Below are positions 40,499 to 49,551 of a stretch of 58,538 bases of DNA, one piece after another. How positions within the stretch are numbered: position 1 is the first letter of the stretch; each line of letters starts with the position of its first letter. Origin of the DNA: an uncultured virus (IMG/VR IMGVR_UViG_3300028591_000120). Lineage: Duplodnaviria; Heunggongvirae; Uroviricota; Caudoviricetes. The notes beneath the pieces are model-generated. The model was not told where the DNA came from, did not search any database, and worked only from the letters and a program-made list of their open reading frames with translations. The position numbers were made by a program, and so were the translations under genes. The stretch is taken from the IMG/VR virus record IMGVR_UViG_3300028591_000120. The stretch is one strand, 5' to 3'.

Positions 40499-41293
40499 TT
40501 AAATGGTTAAAGATTTCCGTCTATTATTCTCATCATCAAATATGTGTTCATACTCTTTCTTTACTGAACACATAAAACTATCTCTGTCTAATAATTCTTC
40601 TATATCAAATTGAAAATTATTTTTTAAAGGGTTAAAAACCCAATCTTTAGTGCTATAGTCATAAAACAGCCATATAAAAGGTATTTTTTTACCTCCATTT
40701 CTTCTTATTTGCTCTGGAATAAATTGATTAAATATTTTTTTCCTATCATCAACACAATCCCTTTTCTTGCTAAATAAAAAAGATATTGGCTTTACTTGTA
40801 TAAAATGTATAATGAGATTTTTTTCCGCAATTATGTCCGCTCCATACTTCCAATCATCCTCATCGGTTGATGGGAGCTGCTTAAAATCTGCATTTTTTAA
40901 CGCCTTAATTACCTCCAATTCTTTTTGACTCCCCTCAAACGTTTCCACAAAATTATGACACACTATATTATCATAATATAATGATAATGGCAAATCTTCT
41001 CTTCCGGTATGTGCCCGATATTTGATTGCCAATTCCTCAATATGTTCAAAGCTCATCTTTGGGTTAATGGAGTGGCCGTTTATATAGAATTCTTCACAAG
41101 AATTGGGGCATAAAATCCTGCACGTTTTCATACAGGGGCCACTATTTTTCCTTTTTGCATATATATTTCTCCACGGGACAGAAAACAAATTTTCATTACC
41201 AGCAGCCTTTGCTATTTCGTGCATAATGACTCTGGTGTTTTCATAATGTTTCTCGCCTTTCCATTTTATCTCTTCTTCGGTTAAAATTTTCAC
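40499..41293 (-). CDS. PD-(D/E)xK restriction-endonuclease-like protein
   Basis: E...D.KYGADII.......IQVKP motif. Confidence 0.6.
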   Translation of the reverse strand: MKILTEEEIKWKGEKHYENTRVIMHEIAKAAGNENLFSVPWRNIYAKRKNSGPCMKTCRILCPNSCEEFYINGHSINPKMSFEHIEELAIKYRAHTGREDLPLSLYYDNIVCHNFVETFEGSQKELEVIKALKNADFKQLPSTDEDDWKYGADIIAEKNLIIHFIQVKPISFLFSKKRDCVDDRKKIFNQFIPEQIRRNGGKKIPFIWLFYDYSTKDWVFNPLKNNFQFDIEELLDRDSFMCSVKKEYEHIFDDENNRRKSLTI

Positions 41294-41297
41294 TTTA

Positions 41298-42275
41298 TTA
41301 TATATTTATAGGCGGAGCTTCCATAATATCAACCTCCTTATTTTTATACTTTTCAAGTATTTCAATTATACGCTCTTCAACATTATCATTATAATTGATA
41401 TATTCTATTGGTATACCATGCTTCTGACATAAGTCTTGTTTTATTTCGTCAATTTTCCTTGCATACTCATAAATTTCATCAGCAGAAACATGTTTGCTAC
41501 CAAAATTATTACAACCTTTAAAGTGTTGCTTGCCTTGGCATTCAATAGCAATATTGTAGTCAGGCAGATAAAAATCTACATGCAATGAGTTTTTATTTCT
41601 TAGCCAATCAAATGTCTGTTCTCTAATAAACAGTATGTTTCTTGACTCCAAAATAGAAGCGGTTTTTCTTTCCAACTTGCTTTCATTACAAATGGGGCAT
41701 CCTTGACCTTTTAAATGATTATTAGGCTGTTGCCAGAACTCTCCATGCTTTGGACATATAATGCATACCTTTGTTCTGTTGCTTATATAATCAACTTTTG
41801 AATAATCATATTTGTTACCGTGTACTTGCTTTGCTTCGTTGATAAAACATTCGGTGTCTTTTCTTTGTAAATTATGTGCACTAATTATTCCACATTTTCT
41901 ACAACCATCTCCTCGTAAGTGACGGCATGGCGTTTGCCAAAATTCTCCGTGTTCGGGGCATACAATACAGACATTTGTGCTGGCATCGATATATTCAACT
42001 TTTGAGTAATCATATTTATCTCCATGTAACTGTATTGCTTGTTTTATGAATTCATCTGTTGTTTTTCTACCGTATTTGCTACCTGAATATTTATTGGCGC
42101 ATTTTGGGCATCCTTGGCCTTGCAAATGCTTATCTATTCGTTGTGAGAACTCACCATGAATTGGACAAATAATATTGATTTTTTCTTTATTGTTTTCAAT
42201 TTTTTTAACTTTGGAGTAATCATATTTATCGCCATGAACCTTTTTTGCTTTCCCTATGAATTCATTTAGTTCCAT
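41298..42275 (-). CDS. DUF723-repeat endonuclease (homing-endonuclease-like)
   Basis: Three HG.KYDYSKV..CP.HGEF repeats plus ESKLE...VDFYLP...AIECQGKQH...DE.K. Confidence 0.85.
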   Translation of the reverse strand: MELNEFIGKAKKVHGDKYDYSKVKKIENNKEKINIICPIHGEFSQRIDKHLQGQGCPKCANKYSGSKYGRKTTDEFIKQAIQLHGDKYDYSKVEYIDASTNVCIVCPEHGEFWQTPCRHLRGDGCRKCGIISAHNLQRKDTECFINEAKQVHGNKYDYSKVDYISNRTKVCIICPKHGEFWQQPNNHLKGQGCPICNESKLERKTASILESRNILFIREQTFDWLRNKNSLHVDFYLPDYNIAIECQGKQHFKGCNNFGSKHVSADEIYEYARKIDEIKQDLCQKHGIPIEYINYNDNVEERIIEILEKYKNKEVDIMEAPPINI

Positions 42276-43026
42276 ATTTTTCCATGAACTCTCTTTTCCA
42301 ATAGTTAGTTTTGCCTATTTTATCATTCCCCTTTTGAAACACATAAAAAAATGAATGATATTTTCTTGCATGTTGCTGATTTTTTACCTTTCCGGAAATA
42401 AGTCTATTTTTTGCAACAAGAATGAACTCATCCAATATATAAAGCCCCATTTTCTCTGCCACCATACAAGTATAATATGGCGTCATAAGGTTAATTCCGC
42501 CAGAAACTGTGCCTTGAGTTTTGAAAATAATTATACCACCATCTTTCAAAACCCTTTTCGCCTCTGACATGAGATGTTCATATGATTCAAACATCTCATG
42601 TCGAGGATAATAGCTTGAAAAGCGTTTACCTATAACGTTGCTCCCGTCGTTGCCATTTGACATTGAGGGGCAATCTCTGGGTCCAATAACAAATGGTGGG
42701 TCCAAAATCACCACATCTACGCTATTATCCTCCAAGGGCCAAGGCCCCCAAGGGTCTATTTTTGGGCAATCTTCTACTTGTGGATTTACATCAAATTTAT
42801 ATGTTGGCTGCGGTATTTCAAATTCTTCTACTTTATCAACAATACTGCCATCATCTAATCTTTCTTGCACAGTTCTTTTAAACTTACCATAGAAATTGCC
42901 TATTGAATAGCAAGGGTCAACAATTATTTTATTTTTTCCGCCGCCACAGTGCATATCCAATATATCTCTTAATATTGCGTGTTGGTTATAATTTACGCTT
43001 TTAATTACTTTTGTTGAGTCTGCCAT
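42262..43026 (-). CDS. phage DNA N6-adenine methyltransferase
   Basis: VDPCYS.G.FY, SVDVVILDPPF, EAKRVLKDGG and QQHARK.HS motifs. Confidence 0.8.
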   Translation of the reverse strand: MADSTKVIKSVNYNQHAILRDILDMHCGGGKNKIIVDPCYSIGNFYGKFKRTVQERLDDGSIVDKVEEFEIPQPTYKFDVNPQVEDCPKIDPWGPWPLEDNSVDVVILDPPFVIGPRDCPSMSNGNDGSNVIGKRFSSYYPRHEMFESYEHLMSEAKRVLKDGGIIIFKTQGTVSGGINLMTPYYTCMVAEKMGLYILDEFILVAKNRLISGKVKNQQHARKYHSFFYVFQKGNDKIGKTNYWKREFMEKYGTK

Positions 43027-43033
43027 AATTGTA

Positions 43034-43486
43034 TTACTTGTTAATAAAATCTTTTAGCGTGATAGATACGACCTTGCCGTTTGCCGTGGGGTATTTTTCT
43101 TGAACCTTTGTTAGTATTGCTTTCATATCCTTCATAGAAACTCTCCACTCTGCGTCATTTATCTCTTGCAGTTCGTTTATCACTCGTTCTGTTTCTTTTG
43201 CGATGTCGTCATCCGTAGGCTGTTCTGGAAGGAATTCTTTAATCACTTTTATCTCCGTTTCTTCTTGTTTAACCAAATCGTCTCTATTTGCTTTTTTATA
43301 TTGTGTAATAGATTCATTTCTTTGGTCAATCATTTTTAAAAGGATTTTTAATTCTTTTGCTTCATCAAATGTTTCTCCTGATTTTTCGGCAATTAAAAAC
43401 TGCGCTTTGATAAGTTTTAGAGTTTCGAGTCTTTCTTTTTCCCTGTTTTTCATTGCCTCTGCAATGAGTTTATTAATATCAATCAT
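43034..43486 (-). CDS. GatB/YqeY domain protein
   Basis: AMK.RE..RL.TL.LIK, KM..QR.ESI.QY..ANR.DL...E..EI.VI..FLP and MKDM motifs. Confidence 0.88.
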   Translation of the reverse strand: MIDINKLIAEAMKNREKERLETLKLIKAQFLIAEKSGETFDEAKELKILLKMIDQRNESITQYKKANRDDLVKQEETEIKVIKEFLPEQPTDDDIAKETERVINELQEINDAEWRVSMKDMKAILTKVQEKYPTANGKVVSITLKDFINK

Positions 43487-43590
43487 AATATGTAAAAATT
43501 TAATTTTTTTAACTTTTCTACAAATATACAAAAAAAATTAAAAAAACAAAAAAGGTTTTCCAATTTTTTTTGGAAAGCCTTCTAAACATT

Positions 43591-43860
43591 TACAGTATGT
43601 TAAAACTTACACAAAGTTGAACTTCGTGCTTTATTAACTTCTTGCTTCACAGAACCACTACTTTTTAGCAAACTGTTTCCAGTTGGGTCATCCACAGTTG
43701 GGCTCTCCACAAGCTTAGATTCGGGTGTACTGCACCCTATTATTCTTAATCCCTCATCCAATATGTTCAATTCAGTTATCCTATTTATATATAAATATCT
43801 TTTACATTTTATTTATTTCAATTATTTCACTAAAAATGTTAAGTTTTGTTTAAATATTTA
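43591..43860 (-). mobile_element. Non-autonomous mini-element: both ends of the 54572-55940 TnpB element with the ORF deleted
   Basis: 43591-~43765 nearly identical to 54572-~54745, and ~43770-43862 to ~55850-55942. Confidence 0.9.
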
Positions 43861-43903
43861 TTTAACTGTTAAGAACACTTACTGGAGAGTAGCAATTGAA
43901 TAT

Positions 43904-44269
43904 TTAATATTCTATTCTACGATTCACCATAGTTGCGTTAAATGCTTTCAAATATTTTCTATACTGTTCGTCATTTAGAATGCATCTGACATTTTTTAAG
44001 TCGTAGTTGATGATGTTTCTAACAAACTTTTTACGAGCCTCACCATCATAATAAGCTGCGCTCCTTAATGTTTCCGTGAATACATCGTGAACTTTTTCAA
44101 TTGATGTTGCTTGCCAATTTTCCAAGCTCAAGAATTTCACCAAGCTGTTGATGTTAATTTTAATGTCATATGCTTCAACCATAGTAGCATTGCTACTCTC
44201 ATCGTTCTCTGCATACGTAGAGAAACTTACGGCCATTAACATGGCCAATGTTAAAAATAACTTTTTCAT
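43904..44269 (-). CDS. secreted protein (Bacteroidota-type signal peptide)
   Basis: MKKLFLTLAMLMAVSFSTYA-ENDE signal peptide. Confidence 0.7.
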   Translation of the reverse strand: MKKLFLTLAMLMAVSFSTYAENDESSNATMVEAYDIKININSLVKFLSLENWQATSIEKVHDVFTETLRSAAYYDGEARKKFVRNIINYDLKNVRCILNDEQYRKYLKAFNATMVNRRIEY

Positions 44270-44465
44270 AATTTTTTGCACTTTAATTCACTTTATTTTT
44301 TTACTTCATACTATAATTATTAATTTTTTTGCCTTTGTTTTATTTTTATAACTTATAATTTATTTTAGTTTATACTTTTTTGATTTAAGTCAAATATATG
44401 CGTGCGCACACATGTCTTATTTTTTAAAATACCCACTTATTAAATGGGTTGTATGGTAGTATGTT

Positions 44466-44870
44466 TTACCCGGGGAAATGAGGCAGTTGATTAAATTTTT
44501 TTATGAAATAGTCTCTTATTTCATGTTTATTGCTTAATTTTTCTATAGTTTTCCATTCTTTGTAAAGATAATTATCGTCATTAAATTTTTTTTTGTCGCT
44601 TGTATCATATCTATTAAGAATATCTCCTATTAGATGTGACATCATGTTGGCATCAAAATAATTTATATCTAGTAATTTTTTTAAAAAATGTAATTGTATT
44701 TTATATTGAAGGTATATTGGAACTTCGCCACATAAAGGAAAAAAAACATAGTCAAAAGACTTCGTTTCATTGATTTTTTTCTCTATATATGCTGCTGTCA
44801 TTTTAAACCATTTGCCGTAGTAACCTTCTTCTTTACATAATCTGCTAAGTATTTTAACTGATTCAAGCAT
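44466..44870 (-). CDS. hypothetical protein
   Basis: ORF downstream of the promoter at ~44886. Confidence 0.6.
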   Translation of the reverse strand: MLESVKILSRLCKEEGYYGKWFKMTAAYIEKKINETKSFDYVFFPLCGEVPIYLQYKIQLHFLKKLLDINYFDANMMSHLIGDILNRYDTSDKKKFNDDNYLYKEWKTIEKLSNKHEIRDYFIKKFNQLPHFPG

Positions 44871-44986
44871 ATTGTTTTAACGATGCAAATATACACAAAA
44901 ATAACTTACAAAGAAAAAATAAGCATAAAAAATGCCATATTATTGAGATAATTTTGATTTATATCAAATTGGTGCGCCAAAAAAAT

Positions 44987-45087
44987 AGGGGGCATTTTTC
45001 TCGACCGGATTCGAACCGGCAATAAATTGATTGTTAGTCAATTGAGTCTACCATTCCTCCACAATAATTGCTTGCTGTATGCTCCCT
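44987..45087 (-). ncRNA. ACAGCAA-stem element A enclosing a tRNA-like cloverleaf (anticodon AAC)
   Basis: AGGGAGCAT/ATGCCCCCT closing stem + ACAGCAA; inside are a D-arm (GAG-GAATGGTAGA-CTC), AATTGA-CT-AAC-AA-TCAATT and GCCGG-TTCGAAT-CCGGT. Confidence 0.7.
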
Positions 45088-45218
45088 TGCGCATTCGGAC
45101 CAACCGAACTATTTTGATATTTTAATCATTATATACAAGATTTTCCACCGTATATAAAATTCTGATAAAATCTATGATTCCTCATATTTTATTTCTTGTT
45201 TCATTGAAACACTGCTTT

Positions 45219-46418
45219 TTAGGAACATAAAGTTCGGTCATCCACAGTTGGTTTCTCCACAAGCGTAAATTCGGTGCTACGGACACCTATTATTCGTTCA
45301 CCTTCTAAAAGGATATTCATTGCGGCATTCAAATCCCTATCGTGATGCTCTCCACATACTGGACAAGTCCACTCTCTGTCATTCAGCGTCAATCCCTTGT
45401 TAATATATCCACAATTGTGACAAGTCTTTGAACTTGGATAGAACCTACCAACAAACACCACTTCCTTGTAGTTGTTTCTTGCCTTATCTTCAAGTATCTG
45501 TCTGAACCTATATAAACCAATTTCTTGTATTGCTTTGGCTAACTTATGATTCTTCAACATTCCTTGAACATTCAAGTCTTCCATAAACACTGTATCATAG
45601 TAAGTCAATAATTCATTCACTACACTGTGTATGTAAGCATCCTTTTGATTGGTAAGTTTATCAAATGCTCTTGCAATCTTAACACGTTGTTTGTTCCTAT
45701 TATTAGAACCTTTCTGCTTCTTAGATAGTTGCCTTTGGAGTTTTGCAATCTTGTTCTCTTGCTTCTTGAAAAAGTGTTTGTTTTCAAACACTTCTCCGTC
45801 ACTTGTGATTACAAAATCCTTAACTCCAAGGTCAATACCAACGTGTTCATTCGTTTGTCCAAATCTAATTACTTCCTCTTGTGGCAGTTCAACAAGTACG
45901 GATAAGAAATAGTTACCACTCTTGGTTTTCGATAAGGTAGCACATCTTATTCCTTCCTTGTATGTTTGAAGCCTTTTAAAGTATAAGTCTGAACATCTGA
46001 ATCTAATATCCTTTAAAGGTTGTGTTAATGTTATCTTCCTCTCATTGAACTTATTTCCCTTTGATATTGCTTCCAATGGAAACAATGCTGATTGCTTATC
46101 TTTCTTTGACTTGAACTTTGGAAATCCGTTATGCTGTTTGAAGAACTTGTCATATGCTGATAGCATCTGACGTATTGATTGCTTCATCACCTTTGTGTTT
46201 TGTTCTTTCAACCAAACATATTGTTCATCTTTCAGCAACGTTCCGTGAAAATATTTTGAAAGGTCTGTAAGTCCTAATGATTTCTTATTCTCATTATATT
46301 CTTGTTGTTTCAGAGCAAGCATTTGGTTATAGACAAATCGGTAGCAGCCCAAAACCTTATTCAGTTTCAGTTCTTGTTCCTTATTTGGATATAACCTTAT
46401 CTTAATTGCTCTTAACAT
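45219..46418 (-). CDS. tnpB: RNA-guided endonuclease TnpB (IS200/IS605/IS607 type)
   Basis: HTH start MLRAIKIRLYP, RuvC GIDLG / MEDLNV / DRDLNAA, Zn finger CHNC..CPVC; no tnpA nearby. Confidence 0.93.
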   Translation of the reverse strand: MLRAIKIRLYPNKEQELKLNKVLGCYRFVYNQMLALKQQEYNENKKSLGLTDLSKYFHGTLLKDEQYVWLKEQNTKVMKQSIRQMLSAYDKFFKQHNGFPKFKSKKDKQSALFPLEAISKGNKFNERKITLTQPLKDIRFRCSDLYFKRLQTYKEGIRCATLSKTKSGNYFLSVLVELPQEEVIRFGQTNEHVGIDLGVKDFVITSDGEVFENKHFFKKQENKIAKLQRQLSKKQKGSNNRNKQRVKIARAFDKLTNQKDAYIHSVVNELLTYYDTVFMEDLNVQGMLKNHKLAKAIQEIGLYRFRQILEDKARNNYKEVVFVGRFYPSSKTCHNCGYINKGLTLNDREWTCPVCGEHHDRDLNAAMNILLEGERIIGVRSTEFTLVEKPTVDDRTLCS

Positions 46419-46460
46419 CTATTTAAAAATCGTTACTAATTGTTATTCCCCAAATATGTG

Positions 46461-46937
46461 TTAACAGTTAATTACCCATCCAGACCCTCCTGAAATCTTA
46501 ATGAGTTTGTCTTTGTATTTAACGTAGTATTTACCGTTCTTTTTGATTAACTTACATAATTTTGGCATACTAATGGAACAAGAAGAATTGTTTCTCCATC
46601 CTACTAGTGCATATTTGTTTCCAAAGAAATCAACTATACAAAGAGTTTTATCTTCTTTCTCGTTTAAATCAATTTGTCTAAGGGTTTCTGGATGGTTACG
46701 CCTTAAATAATTATAAGTATCTCTATTTATGTTGGCATAACTAGCAAAAACTGAATTCCTCATACTTTCTGCCCACTCTTCATATGTTTCGAACCTTGTT
46801 ATTTTGCCACCATTGGTTGTTTTGCTGCCTCCTTTAAATTCGCTTCCAACCAATATATATTTGTAAGGTATATTTAAGTAGTTTTTATCTACTGACCTAT
46901 GTTTTTTAAACTTGTTTACTGACATAACTATTTCCAA
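46461..46937 (-). CDS. hypothetical protein
   Basis: 158-aa ORF. Confidence 0.6.
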   Translation of the reverse strand: MEIVMSVNKFKKHRSVDKNYLNIPYKYILVGSEFKGGSKTTNGGKITRFETYEEWAESMRNSVFASYANINRDTYNYLRRNHPETLRQIDLNEKEDKTLCIVDFFGNKYALVGWRNNSSCSISMPKLCKLIKKNGKYYVKYKDKLIKISGGSGWVINC

Positions 46938-47508
46938 TATTTACAAAATCTATTACCAATAAGTCTTTATCTGTACCTTTTTTTAACGCTTTTTTATTAT
47001 GTAAAACAGCATATAGCCAAGGAAACCAATCATCTATAACCTTTGGAAGACAAACTGATGCATAGTGATTATCTTCTGTAAACGTCTTTTTGAAATTATA
47101 ATCTACGTGCCAATCATATACACTTTGACCTCCATAAAAATCTATATTTTTAAACCTCCTTTGTACATCTGCACAAAATTCTATAAATTTAACCAGATTT
47201 TTATTTTCATTCTGTTTTTTATTCCTTATTTCATGTAATATCCTGACAGTAAATCCTCTTACATTGTTAAGAAACTCCAAATCTTTAATTAACTCATCAT
47301 ATGTATAATCAAATTCCACAAGTCCATGAGCAATTACAAGATTGCCATTTTTATCAAATCTAATTCTTAAATCGAACGCTTTAACATCATACAAATAATA
47401 TTGGTCATATATATCGACTGACTGACATTTAGCAGTAAACCTGATTAATTTCATCCAAAACTTTTTTGGCTTCAAATATGTCCACGAATTATGAGACTGA
47501 ATTTTCAT
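46906..47508 (-). CDS. PI-PLC X-domain-like phosphodiesterase
   Basis: SHNS...CQ...I.DQY....KAFDLRIRF......AHG with both catalytic His. Confidence 0.7.
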   Translation of the reverse strand: MKIQSHNSWTYLKPKKFWMKLIRFTAKCQSVDIYDQYYLYDVKAFDLRIRFDKNGNLVIAHGLVEFDYTYDELIKDLEFLNNVRGFTVRILHEIRNKKQNENKNLVKFIEFCADVQRRFKNIDFYGGQSVYDWHVDYNFKKTFTEDNHYASVCLPKVIDDWFPWLYAVLHNKKALKKGTDKDLLVIDFVNIGNSYVSKQV

Positions 47509-47509
47509 G

Positions 47510-47989
47510 TTACTTTCCTAACTTATTTACAAATTTATGAAAAATTAAATTATATGGCGATTCGTTTTTAAATTTATATATTTTATAAGAATCACATTCT
47601 CTATATCCTCCAAAAAACTTAATTTGAGGATAAATAATTTCTATTTTTGAACAATAATCAAAAAACCTACTTTCCCTGCCGTTTATTTTATCCTTTTCAC
47701 CGGATAAAGAAGTTTCTTCTAATACTACTCTAACATAGCAATCTCCCTTATTGTTTAAATAGTTTAAAATTTCATATATTGAAAATGTTTTATATTCAAT
47801 ATTGCCATATTTTATTATTGCCATATCATGGTCGCCAATAAAATATATATGTAAATCAAAAGCTCTTACATTATATTTTTCATATTGCTCCTGTATGCTC
47901 GTTTCTTGAGAACGCTTAAACCACGCCAATGGCTTTTTCCACCATTTAAGCGGCTCAAGATAACTCATTGTGTTTAATGAACCTATCAT
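47510..47989 (-). CDS. PI-PLC X-domain-like paralog lacking the catalytic His residues
   Basis: SLNT replaces SHNS and KYG replaces AHG; Q..SI.EQY....RAFDL retained. Confidence 0.6.
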   Translation of the reverse strand: MIGSLNTMSYLEPLKWWKKPLAWFKRSQETSIQEQYEKYNVRAFDLHIYFIGDHDMAIIKYGNIEYKTFSIYEILNYLNNKGDCYVRVVLEETSLSGEKDKINGRESRFFDYCSKIEIIYPQIKFFGGYRECDSYKIYKFKNESPYNLIFHKFVNKLGK

Positions 47990-48042
47990 AATTTCTGCTG
48001 CATGTTAACTATCTTATTTATAATAAATATCAGCCATGGCAG

Positions 48043-48089
48043 AAAAAAAGTAAGAGGGCATAACATAACATTTCTGTCATATTGCCCTC
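48043..48089 (-). terminator. Intrinsic terminator
   Basis: GAGGGCA...TGCCCTC hairpin followed by TTACTTTTTTT on the minus strand. Confidence 0.65.
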
Positions 48090-48368
48090 ATAACGTTTTC
48101 AATAAAAGGGCTGTACATCACCTTATATTGAACAGCATTAACGTAAATGCCAACCGGCCAATGAAGCTACCCGTAAGCCATTTCTAGCACTTTCGCACCT
48201 CTACTCTTGGCAACGGCCTCTATCCAGTGAGACCGAGTTTTCCACGTACCACCTTTTATCGATTATTTTTCTACGTGGCTGTCATATGCTAAATTGGACG
48301 TTTAACATATAACATTCGCATGTACATACTTATATATTAATTGCTTAACATATCCATTTTTTAATATG

Positions 48369-48458
48369 CCGAGGGAATTGGATTCGAACCAATGAACCGC
48401 ATTTGAATGCGATTGCCGGATTAGCAATCCAGTGGGTTAAGCCTCTCCCCCATCCCTC
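48369..48458 (-). tRNA. tRNA-Ser(GCT)
   Basis: CGAGGGA/TCCCTCG acceptor, CTGGA-TT-GCT-AA-TCCGG, long variable arm, G73. Confidence 0.88.
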
Positions 48459-48847
48459 GTTTTATAATTTCTTTTACCAGGCACTGCCCCACGAACTCCT
48501 CCACGAGGGTCTTTACAGTCACCATTATATCTTGGTATTATATGAATGTGGCAATGCATTATCGTCTGTCCAGCTGCCCTTCCACAATTTACACCAATAT
48601 TAAATCCATTTGGCTTATACTTTCCTTCCAATATGTTTTTAACAACATTTATTGTTGGCCCAATTGTTCCGACTTCAATATCGTTAAGGTCAAAATAAGT
48701 TCTGCAATGCCTTTTTGGTATTAATAATGTATGTCCCGTGGTTACTGGATAACTATCTAATATCGCAATCCATGTCGAGTCTTCATATATAACCCTGCTT
48801 TTATCATCTGATTTAATAATATCGCAAAATAAACAACCATTATCCAT
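48437..48847 (-). CDS. HIT family hydrolase
   Basis: CLFC, YPVT.GHTL.IPKRH and GQTIMHCHIHIIPR histidine triad. Confidence 0.93.
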   Translation of the reverse strand: MDNGCLFCDIIKSDDKSRVIYEDSTWIAILDSYPVTTGHTLLIPKRHCRTYFDLNDIEVGTIGPTINVVKNILEGKYKPNGFNIGVNCGRAAGQTIMHCHIHIIPRYNGDCKDPRGGVRGAVPGKRNYKTRDGGEA

Positions 48848-49448
48848 AATTTATCGTGCCATTTGGATATTCCTTAAAAAACATGTTTATAATATCTCTA
48901 ATTTCATCACTCATGCCTTCTGTATAATTGCAATAGATATTATGGCCATTATCGTATGACTCAAGCCATTCTATGGCTTCTTGCGCATTGTGGTGTACAA
49001 TTGGAGGATAACCAGTCACTCGGTACTCATCATGCCACCCAAAGCCTTCCAAAGAATATGTACCGTCTGTTGTATCTTTATTTAGTTTAAACATAAAGTC
49101 ATGCCGACTAAATACTCTAAATACTTGCTTCTTTGAAGATTTTGGATTCTGAAGTATTTCTAGGTCTTTAGCATATCTTTTATGAGTCTTCTGATAGTAT
49201 TCTTCAGACCTCATTTTAGTATACATTTTTATTTCATCTTTATATGCCTTACTAGTCTTTTTCTCTTCATCAGAATATTGTTTTTCAATATCATTTAAAA
49301 TATTGTCGCAACTTTTTTGCCATTTATCTAGAGAGCATCTATAGATGTATGCGTTTTTTATTTTTTCAATGTACCTCTTTACAAATATATCAAAATGCTC
49401 TTGAGGCATATCACTTATTCTATTTCGAAACCATGTATGACAGCCCAT
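48840..49448 (-). CDS. hypothetical protein
   Basis: Start trimmed to MGCHTWF because the track start lies inside tRNA-Arg. Confidence 0.65.
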   Translation of the reverse strand: MGCHTWFRNRISDMPQEHFDIFVKRYIEKIKNAYIYRCSLDKWQKSCDNILNDIEKQYSDEEKKTSKAYKDEIKMYTKMRSEEYYQKTHKRYAKDLEILQNPKSSKKQVFRVFSRHDFMFKLNKDTTDGTYSLEGFGWHDEYRVTGYPPIVHHNAQEAIEWLESYDNGHNIYCNYTEGMSDEIRDIINMFFKEYPNGTINYG

Positions 49449-49470
49449 AATCAAAACTATATTTAAATCG

Positions 49471-49545
49471 TACCCCATACAGGATTCCAACCTGTGACCT
49501 AGTGTTTAGGAAACACTTGCTCTAATGCCACTGAGCTAATGGGGC
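49471..49545 (-). tRNA. tRNA-Arg(CCT)
   Basis: GCCCCAT/ATGGGGT acceptor, AGTGT-TT-CCT-AA-ACACT, T-loop TTGGAAT. Confidence 0.88.
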
Positions 49546-49551
49546 AAAAAA

